Shown one piece after another: positions 49,971 to 63,242 of a DNA stretch of 64,000 bases. A program made the position numbers and the translations under genes. The stretch covers positions 434,001-498,000 of the forward strand of contig MU058836.1 of the NCBI GenBank assembly GCA_013265495.1, in the 5' to 3' direction. Source of the stretch: Vicugna vicugna (taxonomy: Eukaryota). Positions within the stretch are counted from its first letter, which is position 1. Every line of letters starts with the position of its first letter. Below the pieces are notes generated by a model that made no database searches, was not told where the DNA came from, and worked only from the letters and a program-made list of their open reading frames with translations.

Positions 49971-50966
49971 TTGGTGGGAAGGAAAATTTTTAACAAATTT
50001 AGGAGAGTGGAAGCAAGATGTGTTGACAGAGGGGAGTGTTCAACTGTTCTGAACTGAATAGGAGGCAAGGTTGGAAAGGGATGTTCCGGGCAAATGAAGG
50101 CAGGCTTGGGTACCAACGCAGGAGTGGAACGTTACTCAGGAGACAGATGGGACGCTCGGGTGTGGAGGAGACACCGCGTGAATTCTAATTTAGCAAAGTT
50201 TGAAGCCAGGGATTATAGACCCATGTCTCTGAAGAACTCTGAACTTAGGTCAGATCCACGTTGGGTGAGATTAGCCGCAACTGGACCGGTTTAATCCTGG
50301 AACACTGAAGCCGTGAGACTTCTGTTTCCAGGAGAAAGTTGGTGGTAGGACTTCTGGTGGGTTTTCATTGCTGCAACAAATACTTATGGAACACCCAGCA
50401 CAGACTAGCATTGTCTCAAGCCTGAGGGACACAGCCATGAAGAGGCAGGCAAGGTTTGTGCCCTGAAAGAGCTTGAACTTTCGTGGGAAGAGTGACAGTG
50501 CACAAGGGAATCATTAGTTTCAGGAGTCCCTTTCCATTAATTTTATCACCCCTGGAAGCACAGTGCCTCCTGCACAGCTTTGCCTAGATGTACCTTGGAT
50601 GCTTAGAATGGACCTGAAAAATTGGGCACGGATTAAATTATCGACATGAAACAATTTTGCCAAATATTGCTGTCATAATCAGGGAGGTGTGTAATCACCG
50701 AGACTGGTCTCCAGTTGGCATATTCACTCAGTTTCTGTTTCTCAGCCTGTAGCCTTAACACAGAGACAAATGCTGAATTTATCTGAACCCTGCAGGTAGG
50801 TATCTTTTTGGAGCAGAATTCATCTCCCCTCGTTGATCTGATCAGTATCATTTTTCTTGAGGAGAAGAAAAAAATCTGCAGTGAGACAGTCTTTAATTTT
50901 ATTCGGTGAAATTACTTGTTCGTCTCTTATCCATCAAATACTTTTGCCTGTTAGAATTAGAGGTGA

Positions 50967-51127
50967 GGGAGGGGAGAGCATGCACGAGGTTCTGGGTTCA
51001 ACCCCCAGTACCTCCATTAAAATAAACAAACAAGTAAACTGAATTATTTCCCGTCCCCCCCACCCCCGGGAAATTTTTTTAATTAAAGAAAGTGAGTAAT
51101 AATAAAGGATTTAAAAGAAAAAAAAAA
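50967..51127 (+). mobile_element. Vic-1-like SINE lacking the A-box region
   Basis: gggagggg joined directly to agcatgcacgagg; B-box-like and tail present; degenerate TSD agaattagaggtgag / agagtcagagatgcg. Confidence 0.82.
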
Positions 51128-53183
51128 GAGTCAGAGATGCGGTTCCCAGCTCTCTCTGGCTTGAGGGTGGTAGCCTGGCAAAGGTCAAACTTCTTACAGG
51201 AGCTGCTGTGTTTCCATTTATGTGTCTGTCGTGCTTTTATTTGGGGATGGTGGCTTTCTAATACTCAGCCCCTGTCACCCGTTTGGCTGAGAGAAGTAGC
51301 GGGTGGATCTTGGGTTTGGCCCAGAGTGGGTGTTGGCCCTGTATGATAATCTACATTCAGAGTTTATTGGAGTGAATGACTTCCAAATCTCTCCCTGAAT
51401 CATTTAGGCCTGGCGCGTGGTGGGGAGGAAACCCACGTGTGCTGTGGTCGGCCTTTCAGGAAGGATTTTTACTTGGTGACTTCACGGCAGTGTGGTTTTT
51501 TGCACGGTTTTGAGCAGAAGTGACCCCACCCCCACCCCCCGGTAGTTGAAATTCTGCAGATTTTCCCACTGAGCACCACGCGAGCTTGACGGCACACACT
51601 TGCGGGCTCTGGTTGGACCCGAGCACCCCCGAGCTTCCGCCTGGCGCTGCCCCAGGGCCCAGCCTCCCGTGGGTTTTATGTCCAGCTGCAGCGCCGAGCA
51701 TCTTTGGAGGATGTGGAGATGAGAGACGTTCTCTCTTGGAGTCGCATGGGTGAAGTCATAATATTTATGCAGCCAGTGCTGGAAGCTGAGTCACAATGAG
51801 TGTGATTCAGGCCTTGATTTCTTACCCAAGGTAATTTCGAGAGGTGTGAAGTCAAGAAAGACCCACAGTTGTTGCTGCCCCCGTAGGAAGAGCTCAGAGC
51901 TTCTGTAGCTGAGACCGGCTCAGGCCGAACCTGGAAACATTCCAGTCCCTCACTGTATGTCCTTCCCCCGCCTCAACCATGAATAACCTCATTCAGAAAA
52001 CGCTGTCCGTCATTCGCCCGCCTTGCAGAATCTGTCTTGTTTTTTTATCTTGGTCATGTCAGCCATGTTTATGGAAAGGGAAAAAAAAGGTTTAACTTTT
52101 TTCTAAAATGAACATGCACGTAAGGAAGAGACTTGAGATGCTGGCAGTGTCTTAGTTTGGAAGTGGGAAGTCTTGCCTTTCTGAGTAGATTAAGCAGGGA
52201 AGTTACCATTTTTTGAAATCCAGAAGATACTTGGAAGAAATTCCGATAGAAATGGTCGCCTTAGACACCGATGGCTCTTGCGATCTTGAACTATTAGGAA
52301 TGAGAGGCTTGTAAGTGCACTGCGTCAGGTTCGGATGTGCCGCCCTGAGGGTTGTTTGCAGGAGTGATGGAGAAGGATGCTGTCGAAGGGCCGGAGACCC
52401 AGGCTCCCGGGCTACAACTTGGTGCTGAGCTAGAGGCAGTAGCTTAACAGATACGCTCTCAGCTTCCACTGAAGGTAATCAGACGGACTCTGCAGGGCGT
52501 TGTGCGGTAAAAAGTCGCCGTGACTGGGGAACACCTAACCAGGCTTGAGACTTAGTAAATGGGAGTGGCCTGGCCGTTCATGTTAATTGGCATTATTTTG
52601 ACTCCCAGGGATTATTCTGAGTGCTCCTGATTTTGTATAAAGGTCACTTTGACACACATCGTGAAATTGGAAACTGCAAAAAAAAAAAAAGAGAAAACTT
52701 AACCACAGTGGTAGAGGAATTGAAAAGGAGACCTGTCGAAAGACAAGTTTGAAAGAACCGATCATTTCCAGGGGAGAAGGGAAGACAGGAGGTGACGGAA
52801 TGACTGTCTTCCAGGGTCAGAGGCATCCTGACCTGGAAGGCCGTAGGCAGCTCTTCCCCATCGCCACTGGGGTCAGCAAACTGGGGCAGACGGGACCGGC
52901 CGGAGCCAAAGAACGAACATGGAAGCAGGAGAAATGACAGAATAGAAATCAGGCGCAGAGAGAGAGAGCGAGTGAGTGAGCGAGCACACAAGGGAGGATG
53001 CACATCTCAAAGAAGGTACCAGAAAAGTTCACGCCAACACTCCTTGCGAACTCCTGAAGGATAGAGTGTGGGGGGCAGTCCTCTTGGTTCAGCCTGCACC
53101 CCTATCTCTTGCCAACTGCTCACGGCTCATGTCCCCACACGTCTTCCCAGAGCAGCCTGACCTGCTGCTTGGCACTTGGTTTG

Positions 53184-53404
53184 GAGAGGTGTCTCACCCC
53201 GAGTCCATCTCACCTCCTTAGGATGCAGTTGTCTGGAGGCGCTTTCGGTAGCCAAAACTGGGGGGGAGGGAGTGCTGCTGGCATTGGTGGGTAGGGACCA
53301 GAGACGCTGATAAACACCCTACAACGCACAGGAAACCCCCTCGCCCCCAGCAAATGTTGTATCTGGCACCTAAATATCAGTAGTGCGACTGTTGAGAAAC
53401 CCTG
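53184..53404 (+). mobile_element. MER20 hAT-Charlie DNA transposon
   Basis: gtgctgctggcatt...taaacaccctacaacgcacagga...gttgagaaaccctg. Confidence 0.88.
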
Positions 53405-55181
53405 AATTAGAGAAGTGAGTAGAACGCCGTAGCCCGGGCTTTCTTAAAGCTCGTTAGTTTACTCCGGAGCATTTTTTCCTTCCGTTTACACCAAACCATG
53501 GCACTGAATGGTTAGAAGACTGTTAAAACATTTGCTATTCTCAGAAAATGTGTGGATTCCATTATAATCATGTGTTTCTTAGCTGCCTGCTCTACTTTGG
53601 TTTAAAAATATTTATATTTCTAAATAAGCGACTGACTCTTTGTATAGGGAAAATAACATATGCATTAGAGCTCCAGGGAGTTCGCTGCAGACACCAGCTT
53701 CTGCGCTGCCTCTGCCCAGCGTTTTGCTGGCCAATTAATCGCTGCATTCAAGGACTCCCAAGGCAGTGGCCGCCCTGCAGTGAGAATGTGCGGGCTGAGG
53801 CTGCCGCTGGGTGGGGAGAATTCCCCAGGGGCCAGACACAGCCCTCCGACAAAGGGAGGGCTCCCAGAGTGAGTGGCTTCAGCGCAAACAGACTGATGCT
53901 CTGGAAATGTTGCTCCTCAGTGATTCTGAGGATAAATCACGCTTTCCTGACTTAATAATACATTGCTGTTTCCAAATAATATAAGTATATGTTGTGTGCG
54001 TCCATTTGTAAACTTTCAGAGTCTTCTGAAATCCAGACACAGCATGAAAACACACGCTATATTTGATCCTTGCATAAATAGCACAGATTTTAATTTTATC
54101 CCAGTTATGGATATCTGGCGCGTGCGCTGATACTCTGGGCAGACTGGTGTGAAATTTAATTTGAGCAGTTAAACACGAGGGTGAGAGAGTACAGAATAAA
54201 CAAGCCCGCGCACTTCCAGCCCTCCAGCATTTGGTATGTTAACGGCAGAGGCACCCAAATCCTCTCTCTCTTTTATTCTCTCCCTTGTGACAGTCAGATT
54301 ACAGATTGTCTGAAAAGGCGCAAATCCTCCATATCGCCCACGCCACCCCCATCTCCCCCGGAACGTTGCCCGCAGCCATTTCATCTGCGTGAGCGCTTCC
54401 GAGTTGGAGGTTCTGTGAATGAAAGTGTCCGGGTTTCTTTGTTTTCAGATTTGATCTTAGATTGGAGATTCCCTTGGTTTAAAAAAAAAAAAAAAAAAAG
54501 GAAAAGTGTCTCCTTGAGAACATCTTGGAAGGGGTAACAGGAATGGAATTGGAAATGGTGGGAAATGACGGATTTGCGGTCGGGGGACAGGCGTGCGGAT
54601 CTCAGCTGGGCCAGTTACAGAGGCTGTGACCTTTGGAGAGTTACTTAAAAGCTCGGTTCCTCACCTGACTAATTTGTAAAAATGGGAGTAACTCCAGGCA
54701 AATAGAGCTGCTAGGGAGGTACACAGTGGTGGCACATAAGCGCTCAGAGAATGTCAAGTTTCCTTCCCCCTTAAAGACATCTGTAAATCCAGCCCAGATA
54801 CCACTTGCTGAGGAAGTAGGACATGCTAATAATGGTTGCTGTTGATAATCATTCTTGTTGGTAAAAGTTCCATTCTTTTCTCCTTTAATCACCTCCCCCG
54901 GGAATTAGCCAGCACTTTGCAGCCTGCTCATCCCTATTTATAGGCCATTCTGGGTATGAAGTGCGCAGAGCTTTTGGCCTTAAAAGCCCCCACAGGTACC
55001 AGCGGACCGCGTTGATTTGGGGGTTGGGGGAGGGACAGCGTGCATGTGCGTGCACTTCACGGACCCGGAGCCGTGAGGACTGGCCACGCTGAACGGGTGA
55101 GTTTCTCCTAATACTCCCCAGAAGGGACACTGCTTTCCATCAGTCAACGTTCCCGTCTTTCTATCCAATTTGTTTCCACAG

Positions 55182-55405
55182 AAGAGCGCGTGGTCCCCAT
55201 TGAAGTGTGCCGGTCCAAACTGTCCAAATACTTGCAGGGAGTAGTTTTCCGCTGCGATAAGTGTACCTTCACCTGCTCCAGCGACGAGAGCCTCCAGCAA
55301 CACATAGAGAAGCACAATGAACTGAAACCTTACAAATGCCAGCTCTGCTACTACGAGACCAAGCACACAGAGGAACTGGACAGCCACCTGCGGGACGAGC
55401 ATAAG
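55182..55405 (+). CDS. ZNF462: ZNF462 exon 10 (224 nt, EERVVPIEVC...LRDEHK), two C2H2 fingers
   Basis: Acceptor tgtttccacag|AA; donor AAG|GTACAC; frame continuous with exon 9. I did not find the next exon before 64000. Confidence 0.95.
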
Positions 55406-55772
55406 GTACACTGGCCCGCGCCCTCTGCCTCCCAGCCCCAGCGCCCCCGTGGGCGGGGCCGGGCTGAGCTGTCACACCCGCGGCCTGCGAGGCGGAGGCG
55501 CGAACTCAGCAGGGGTGAGATGCGGTGCGTTTTATTCTGTTGGGGAAGGACTGTAAGGTCCTTTTAGAAAACTGGAACACATGAATGGGGGAAGGCAAGT
55601 CGCCCCGACCCTCCTCAAGCCCAGACGCTTAACATTTTCGGTCTCTTCGATGCCCACTTTCCTTTGCTTTATATAATTATCATTATACCTTCCATGAAAT
55701 AGCCTACCTTCCTTTTAAAAACCTTATCCTAACTGGGAGTAATTTTTCCATATTTTTTTGAACATATTATCA

Positions 55773-55988
55773 CAAAGGTTGATGAACTTCTTCTGTAAAG
55801 GGCCAGGTAGTAAATATCTCAGGTTTTGCAGGCCAGATGGTTTCAGTGGCAACTACTCAACTCCGCCCTTGTTGCAAGCAAGCAGCCCCAGACCAGACAT
55901 AAATGCATGGGCGTGGCTGCGTTCCAATAAAACTTTATTTACAAAAATAGGCGACAGGCCATGGACCCCTGCTTGCTGCTGGCCCCCG
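55773..55988 (-). mobile_element. MER58A-like DNA transposon
   Basis: ttctgtaaagggccaggtagtaaatat...gttccaataaaactttatttacaaaa. Confidence 0.88.
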
Positions 55989-57039
55989 TGTCCCTCGATC
56001 TTGGAGGCTGTTTCTGGTATATTGCTGACTCCAAACCTTTTCCAGGCATTGCTGCTCATGTCAGAACATGATAAGGACTGTCAAACATGTGTTTTATTTG
56101 GGGAGGGAATAAACTAGTACAGGACATAAAATAAGGGGTTTAGGAAGAAAATGCTCTTCCGAAAGTCTGCTGGCCAGAGGGTAAATCACACAGGACGGCT
56201 TTCTCACTTCTCTTAGGACGTATCTGGCACATCAAGTATTGAGACACTTGTTTCTGGTTTTGTATATTGTCCAGTTGGCGGGGTGGGGAGGTGTGGTGAG
56301 TATTTGCTTCATGAAAAGAGCCCATTGAATTGTTTTCTAATTAACCAACAAATCCAAACCATCCAGGGAGTGTTTACTTAAGGCACAATGAGAAGCACTT
56401 TGGATATTGTTTCCTTTTTCCTTGCTCTGTGTCCTGTCAGTGGAAATAGAGTTTCTCTCTTTTGGACCTACCAACCCAAGTTATTAAAGATTCCTGTCTG
56501 AATCTAGAATTTTCCTGCAGGGTGTTGAGAGAGAGAGAAGGCTGAGCTCGGTCAGCCATCTACAGTTGATGCTAACTTTTTATGCTAACTTCTCTGCTTT
56601 GGAATATGTTCGTTTTCTAATGTGTCCACCCAAAGAATGAAAGCAGAGGAGAGCCCAAATTACCTCCCTTACAAACCTTCATACTCTTTCTTAGTCAAAC
56701 TGGGCATTTCTGCCCCCAGACCGAAAGGAAAATCACTCATCCTTTTCAAGCCAAGCTTTCTGCATCCACACACATGTGTCTTATTCACGTAACCACCTCG
56801 GATCTTTTTTATTATAGAGTTGAGGCCATCAGGCTGGTATTTTGGGGATGGAGCAAAACAGGAAGATAAATTTTTCCCCAGTTGTTGCACAGTAGCTGTG
56901 AGTCACTGGGGAAATCCAGAGGAGGCTGGAAACCATACCAGATGTGGAAGCGGAGGCTCCCCGAGCAGCCGTGGACCGTGGGGGACTTTGGAATATGCAT
57001 CAGGCAAACGGTTACTCAAGAAACGAGGGGCCCCATTTA

Positions 57040-57195
57040 GACCTTTTGGAGCCAGACAGACCTGGGTTTGAATTTTTGTCTCCACCATTTACTCTGCAGC
57101 TTCAGCAAGTTACTTACATTTCTGTGTCTGTCCCCTGATTTCTAAATGGGAATTGTTACTCCTTTCTCGGAAGTTTTACAAGATTAAGTGAAGTC
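57040..57195 (+). mobile_element. MIR SINE
   Basis: ttggagccagacagacctgggtttgaat...gcaagttactta. Confidence 0.8.
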
Positions 57196-57365
57196 CTGGT
57201 ATTTCCCACGCTTTGAGACCCATGTCACAGTCTGTGAATTGAACTGTGCTCCAGTATAACAGCAGCGTATCAGAAAGGCAGTCATGTTCCTAAAGACCTA
57301 GAACAGACTCGAAAGTCACTAACTGTACTTTGCATTTTAGACATGGTCTTTGATGGGTTTTATTT

Positions 57366-57590
57366 TCACTGTGCTGGGCTAGGTTCTTTCATGGTACTCC
57401 CTCTCACGGTCGACCAGCTTACTAAGTCCAGTGAGCGTCTCACTGAGGCTGAAGGATTGCCGCTTGCAGCACGCCTGATTATTTTCATCTTTGTCTCGGT
57501 TGTTAAAGTTTGAGACTCATGCTTGTTCACTCTTCCTTCTTTTCTAAATGAATATAAAATGCAGTTTGAAGTTTTGAAATAATTCTCCAA
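57366..57590 (-). mobile_element. Tigger/pogo-like transposase N-terminal fragment (fossil)
   Basis: Minus-strand translation TLTTETKMKIIRRAASGNPSASVRRSLDLVSWSTV resembles the CENP-B/psq-type HTH of Tigger transposases. Confidence 0.55.
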
Positions 57591-57749
57591 GCACTAGTTT
57601 ATAAACAAAGATAGCAATGCTGCTGAAACGGAATTTTGGACTGATAGGCAGTGACCTTATGCACTAATTAAAAATGGTCATTCTTTGGGATGAAGGATGT
57701 CTGGAAGTCTGATTTCAGCGTTCATGAAAAGGGTACAGGAGTGTCAGTA

Positions 57750-59635
57750 TACAATGTACTAAAGAGAAGTTCACTAACAAGTGAAATACAAAAGTCAAGA
57801 ACCATAAGGCAAGAACAAGAAATTAAAGCCATAAGAATTGGAAAGGAAGAAATAAAACTATTTTTGTTCACAGACAGTGTGATCTTTATAGGCAAACAAT
57901 CCTAAATAATCTATTTAAAAAGCTGCTAGAATGTTAGTTTAGCAGAGTTGCGGGATACAAGGTCAGTATATGAACATCAATTTTATTTGTATATACTAGT
58001 AATGGATGATCTGAAAATGAAATTTTAAGATCAGTTTCATTTACAGTTAACGGCAAGCAGAATAAAATGCTTAAGAATAAGCATTGCGATAAGAACTGTG
58101 AAAGCTGTATGCTGAAAACTACGAAATGTTATGCAGAGAAATCAAAGAACAAAGTGAACGCAATCTGTATCATGTCTGTGAATTGGAAGACTCAGTGCTG
58201 GTCATGCTTCCCGGACTGATTTACAGGTTCAGTGTAATCAATCTATCAGAATCGCAGTAGGCTTTTTTTCTTGAGCAGAAATGGACAAGCTGGTACTAAA
58301 GTGTATGTGGAAATGCAGAGGACCTAGAATAGCCTCAACAGTATGGACAAAGAACAAAATGGGAAGACTTGCCCTTGATTTCAGAACTTTCACTATAAAG
58401 CTGCAGTAATCCAGAGAGTATGGTCATGGCGTAAGGATAGACATATGGCTCAGTGGTGCAGAAGGAAAAGTCCAGGAATAAACCCTGATATATGAGGTCA
58501 TTTGACGTTCATCAGAGGTGCCAGGGTAATAAGGAAAGGATAATTTTTCAACAGATCTGTTACAGTTGGATTTCCATAAGGAAAATAGTGATCGTTGACT
58601 CTTACGTCACTCCCAACACAAAAATTAAACCCACATGGATTATAAACCTCAATGTATGAGCTAAAACTATAAGCTAGAAAAACTTTTTAAATTTTCCTTG
58701 GGTTAGGGAAAAAAATCTTAGCTGTGATTCAAGAGCTATGAACATTAAAAGAAAAAAAATCAATCAGATGTCATCAAAATTGAAAGTCTTGCTCTTCAGA
58801 AGACACCATTAGGAAAATGAAAAGGTAAGAAACGGATTGGAAGCAAATATTTGCAAAGTAACTGATGAGGGACTTTAACCAAAATATACAAAGAACTTTT
58901 GCAACTCAGTAAAAAGAAGATAAACAGTTCCATTAAAAATGAGAAAAAGATTTGAATAGACGCTTTACCCATGAGGTTATGCAAATAGCAAATGATCACA
59001 TGAAAAGATGCTTCCTTAATAGGACTCATCATTCAGGAAATGCAAATTCAAACAAGAGTTAAGATATCACTACCAACCCACTAGAATGGCTAAAATTATG
59101 AAGGCTGATAGCATCAAAGTGTTAGCAAGGATGTGGAGAAACTGGAAATCTCATACAGGGCTGACTGGAATGTGTGATGGCACATGTACTGTTGGAGCAT
59201 TTTGGCAACTTGTTTAAAAGTTAAACATACACTTAACCAGCCGATCCAGGAAGCCTACTCCCTCATTAGGTGGTTGGATAAATAAAATGTGCTATATCCA
59301 CACAATGGAATACTACTTCTCATAAAAGATGTGAACAACCGATACATGTAACAAACAGTATGGCTGAGTCTCAAAAACATGATGTCAAATGGACAGAAGC
59401 CAGACACAAAAGACTACGTATTGTATGATTTCATTTAGATGAACTTTTCTAGAAAAGGCAGAACTAAGGAGACAAAACAGATCGGAAGTTGCAGGATATG
59501 AGGGTCCTTCTTAAGACTAAAGAAGAAAACGGTGGTGAGGGTTGTGCAAATGTATACATTTACTAAAACTCAGTGAAATGTTCATTTTAAATAGACTAAT
59601 TTTATGGTAAGTAAATTGTATCTCAATTCCTAAAA
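57750..59635 (+). mobile_element. old L1 (L1MC/MD/ME-like): decayed ORF2 3' half plus 3' UTR
   Basis: IRQEQEIKAIRIGKEEIKLFLFTDSVI matches the L1 RT motif IRQEKEIKGIQIGKEEVKLSLFADDMI; many stops; 3' end gtaaattgtatctcaat. Confidence 0.92.
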
Positions 59636-62600
59636 GATGTAAGTTCCCCAGGACCTGACCCATGGTAGGTCCTCGATAAATGTTCATTTTCTGTAGTCTT
59701 TTCTTATTATGAAGTTGATCCCAGGAACAGATAGTTCTATGAAGATGCTTGAGATCCAAGTAAACTGTAAACTGCCAAAACTCGAATGTGCAGTAGACTT
59801 AGCAGTTGGTTTTAAACTAAGGTTTAGTTTTTTTCTAGTTACACGAGGTGTTGAGTGCATTTCTTCTTACGTCCTTCTGCGAATAGCTTCAGGTGGTTTT
59901 GTGTGGCGGAGAGAATCCATACAAGAGACGAAAAGACACTGCAGGATGTGTTTGCAGTCAAAGGATTTCATTAAACAGAACTGGACTTTCAAAACTGGAC
60001 TCCTGAATTCTGCCTGCAAAGCTTTTAAACCTCAGGAATGTCTAAAGATGTCAGACTGTATCATTCATGGCCTGGACCGAATACCGGTTCAGTGGAAAGG
60101 GTCCTTGGAGTCAAATAAACCATTCCATTTAAGAACCAAGTTCTCAAGTGCCCTGGATTCACACTGCTGTGTTTATCCTCAGAAGCCAAGGTGAAGTAGA
60201 AAGGGGAGGACAATCGGCACCTTCATTTTTCAGGTGACACAGAATCTTGCCTTCCTAGACCTTTATCTCTGCACCAGCGAACAAGGAATCACTTGTCATC
60301 TCTTAGAATCTAAGGTAAACAGTCCAGGCTCTTTGAAATTTTAGTTTTTCATCCTTCAACTCCTCGTCTTTTCTCTCTCACTAGGTCTTGTAGAGGCACA
60401 ATATTCTATTCTTTCAGTCCCTTCCTCCGTATGCACCCCTCCCAAGCTGAAATCATGTTAGTAGTGCCATGTATTGGCAATACTGGTGCACGAGGAAGAC
60501 TTAACATTTCTAGGAACCTTGAAGTCATGGAAAAAGCCCAAACCTTGCTCTTCTCACATTTGAAAAAAAACACATACATTTTTCTTTGAAGAAAATTTAA
60601 GGAGATGCTATACCTTGTTAGTGTTCTTTATGATTCTGAAGTCTCTTTGCTAGTTTAGGGAACATAAAAATATATTATCTCTAACTTGGTTTGCTCATAA
60701 AATTGTCATGTTCACGATATTAAATTTAGAAGGATAGTTTATTCAGGCAATACACAGTCACTAATTGAATTTACTTTGAAATGTTTTTAATTTTTTATAC
60801 AAATGGAGCCTTGGGCGGCTGAACTCTAAGGAACTCGTATCTCTTACTTTTTGTCAGTTTGGAGGAAGCAGCAGAACATTAAGCTCAGGAGGAATCGCCA
60901 GCATTTTAGTTATTCCAATAAAATTGTTCCGCTTTCTGGACTGGTGAAATCCACAGTGGCAAAAAAAAAAAAAAAAGTCACATAGAATATTGGTTTCCAG
61001 CGAAGGAAATGAGAAGAAATAAAACAAAAGAAGAGCCTTCCCCAACTCCAAATCAGGAAATACACCTTTGGCCACACTTTTTTTTTGGACCGCATTTCAC
61101 GTCTCAACTAAGTCTAGCAGCTCTGGCTTTATCAGCTCCGAGGATTCCTGCAAACTGGAAGTTCTTCCAGGAGATTATGTCATTTCATCTCTGCTTTCCC
61201 TCATGTTAGTTGTTTCTCAGCCATAGACCCGTTTCTTTCATGTCCTTTGGAAGACAAGTCAGCAGTAGATGAGCAAGGTGTGGTCATTTTTCAGAGGGAT
61301 GTGCCTGGCAGAACCTTACATGGTATTTCTCAAGGAGAGACATTTGAAGATGTTCTTTGCCTGTAACCCTTTGAAACTATCCCCTAAACTCACCAGCCAA
61401 AACTAACGGCCCCTGCTTCCAAGCTTCCATAGAACTTTCCTTCTTCCTCCCCTAAGGCACGCATTTCACGCAACCTCAACTCACACTTAACCCTTGACAA
61501 GCCTCTGTCTTGCCGTGGAGGGCAGCGTTCTAGATATTTACCTCCCTTTTCTTCTGAAATCTAACCCCAGTGCTCTGCATACAAGAAAGGCTCCAGGAGC
61601 TGGCTGCTAAATAAATCAATAAATGGAATCACTTTTCAAATAGGAGATTCTGGGTATCCTGTTTGTCCAAATAAGCCTGTTTGTGGCAGCAGCAGCATCT
61701 CTGCCTCGATTTCGAGTTCGGGAGATTGGCAGCAGCTCAGTTGGCCGACAGCAAAGTTCTTTGACTTTCTTGGTGCCTTTCACGTGGCTTTCTTGAGTGC
61801 TTATGACTGGAGGTAGGCTGAGGTTCTCGAAGTGATGGATTTTGTCTGGGCTTTGGCTAAGTCAGGTCTGTTCTAACTCAGTGATCGCAAAGGAAGGTGG
61901 ATCTCTCCTTGACTTCGGTGCTCCGTCCCCTTCTGGTACTTGACCATCCTTTATTCTTACTGTTTTTAGAAAGATTTTTATTTTGAAGAAAAGATTCTCA
62001 AAAGCTTCCAATTCTTTAATCCCATCAAATTTTGGAACGGACATCACTGTCACGATACTTTTTTCTTCCTCCTTCTTGTGTTCAGCCAGTATCCCATGGG
62101 TGATTTTTACATATTTTGCAAGTAATTTTGCTTTTTGACGGTTGATTTGCATTCTCAGGGGGAAAGCTGGAGCTGTGTCATCTGAAGATGTGGGTTCTGG
62201 TCCTGGCTTTACCACTTGTGTTCCGTTTTCCTCGTCTACCATCATGCAGGATAACACTTCTAGCGGGACGATCATAAGGGTTAAGCAATACATGTAAAAA
62301 CGACTGGATGAGTTTTTAGCATAGAATAGATAGATACTTGGTAAGCATTGAAACAAAATCTTTTACAAAATGTCCAGTTTGATTTCTCTCGTTAGTAAGC
62401 AAATTTATATCGTGGCATGACTGTTACAAAGGTCTTCATACTTTATGACCTCCTGTGGGTTTTTATGTTACTGGTAAATTCAAATCTTGTGTGTTGTGTG
62501 TCTACTGTGTGACTGACTTTGTACTCTGCACTGAGCCTATAAAGCTAAGTAGGAAATGGTTGCTACCCCTGGAAGCATTTATAGTAAAGAATCACAACCC

Positions 62601-62907
62601 AGCACATTGAGGTATGTTAAGTGCTAGATGGAGGTACCTGTAAAATAGTGCAAAGCAAGTGTGGTGTCATGGCTCATCTCCCACAGGACTTTAATACATT
62701 TAGTGGAATATCTTCTGTAGAAGCTTTTACAAGAGCTCTTATTGAAATGCTCTTAGCTGAGAATTCAAGACTTTACCCATGCCTTTGACCATCTTCCTGT
62801 AAGAAATAGAGACAACACTTTGCTGAATCTTCCTCCCACCAATTCTTCCCCTCATTCCCATTCTGACGTTTAGAGGTGAGCAGAGAAGACCCACCTGCTA
62901 TCATAAG

Positions 62908-63242
62908 TTGAGGTGGGCAAACTCTAGCCTCTGGACCAAATCTGGCCCCCGGCCTTTTCTTATATGGCCCGCCAGCTAAGAATGGTTTTGACATTTTTTA
63001 AATGGTTGAAAAAAAAAATCAAGAGAGTAATATTTCGTGACCTGTGAAATTATATGAATTTCAAATTCCAGTTGTCCGTAAATACGGTTTTATTGGAACA
63101 CAGCCACGCTCATCCATTTCCGTATTGTCTGGGGCTGCTTTCAAAGCTACACGATAATTGAGTAGTTGTGACAGACTGTGTGGTCCAGAAAGCCCTAAAT
63201 CCTCGCTTCTGTGGCCATTCACAGAAGAAGTTTGCCAGCCTG
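62908..63242 (+). mobile_element. MER58B-like DNA transposon
   Basis: ggcaaact...gctaagaatggtttt...ttttattggaacacagccacgc...aagtttgcc. Confidence 0.88.
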
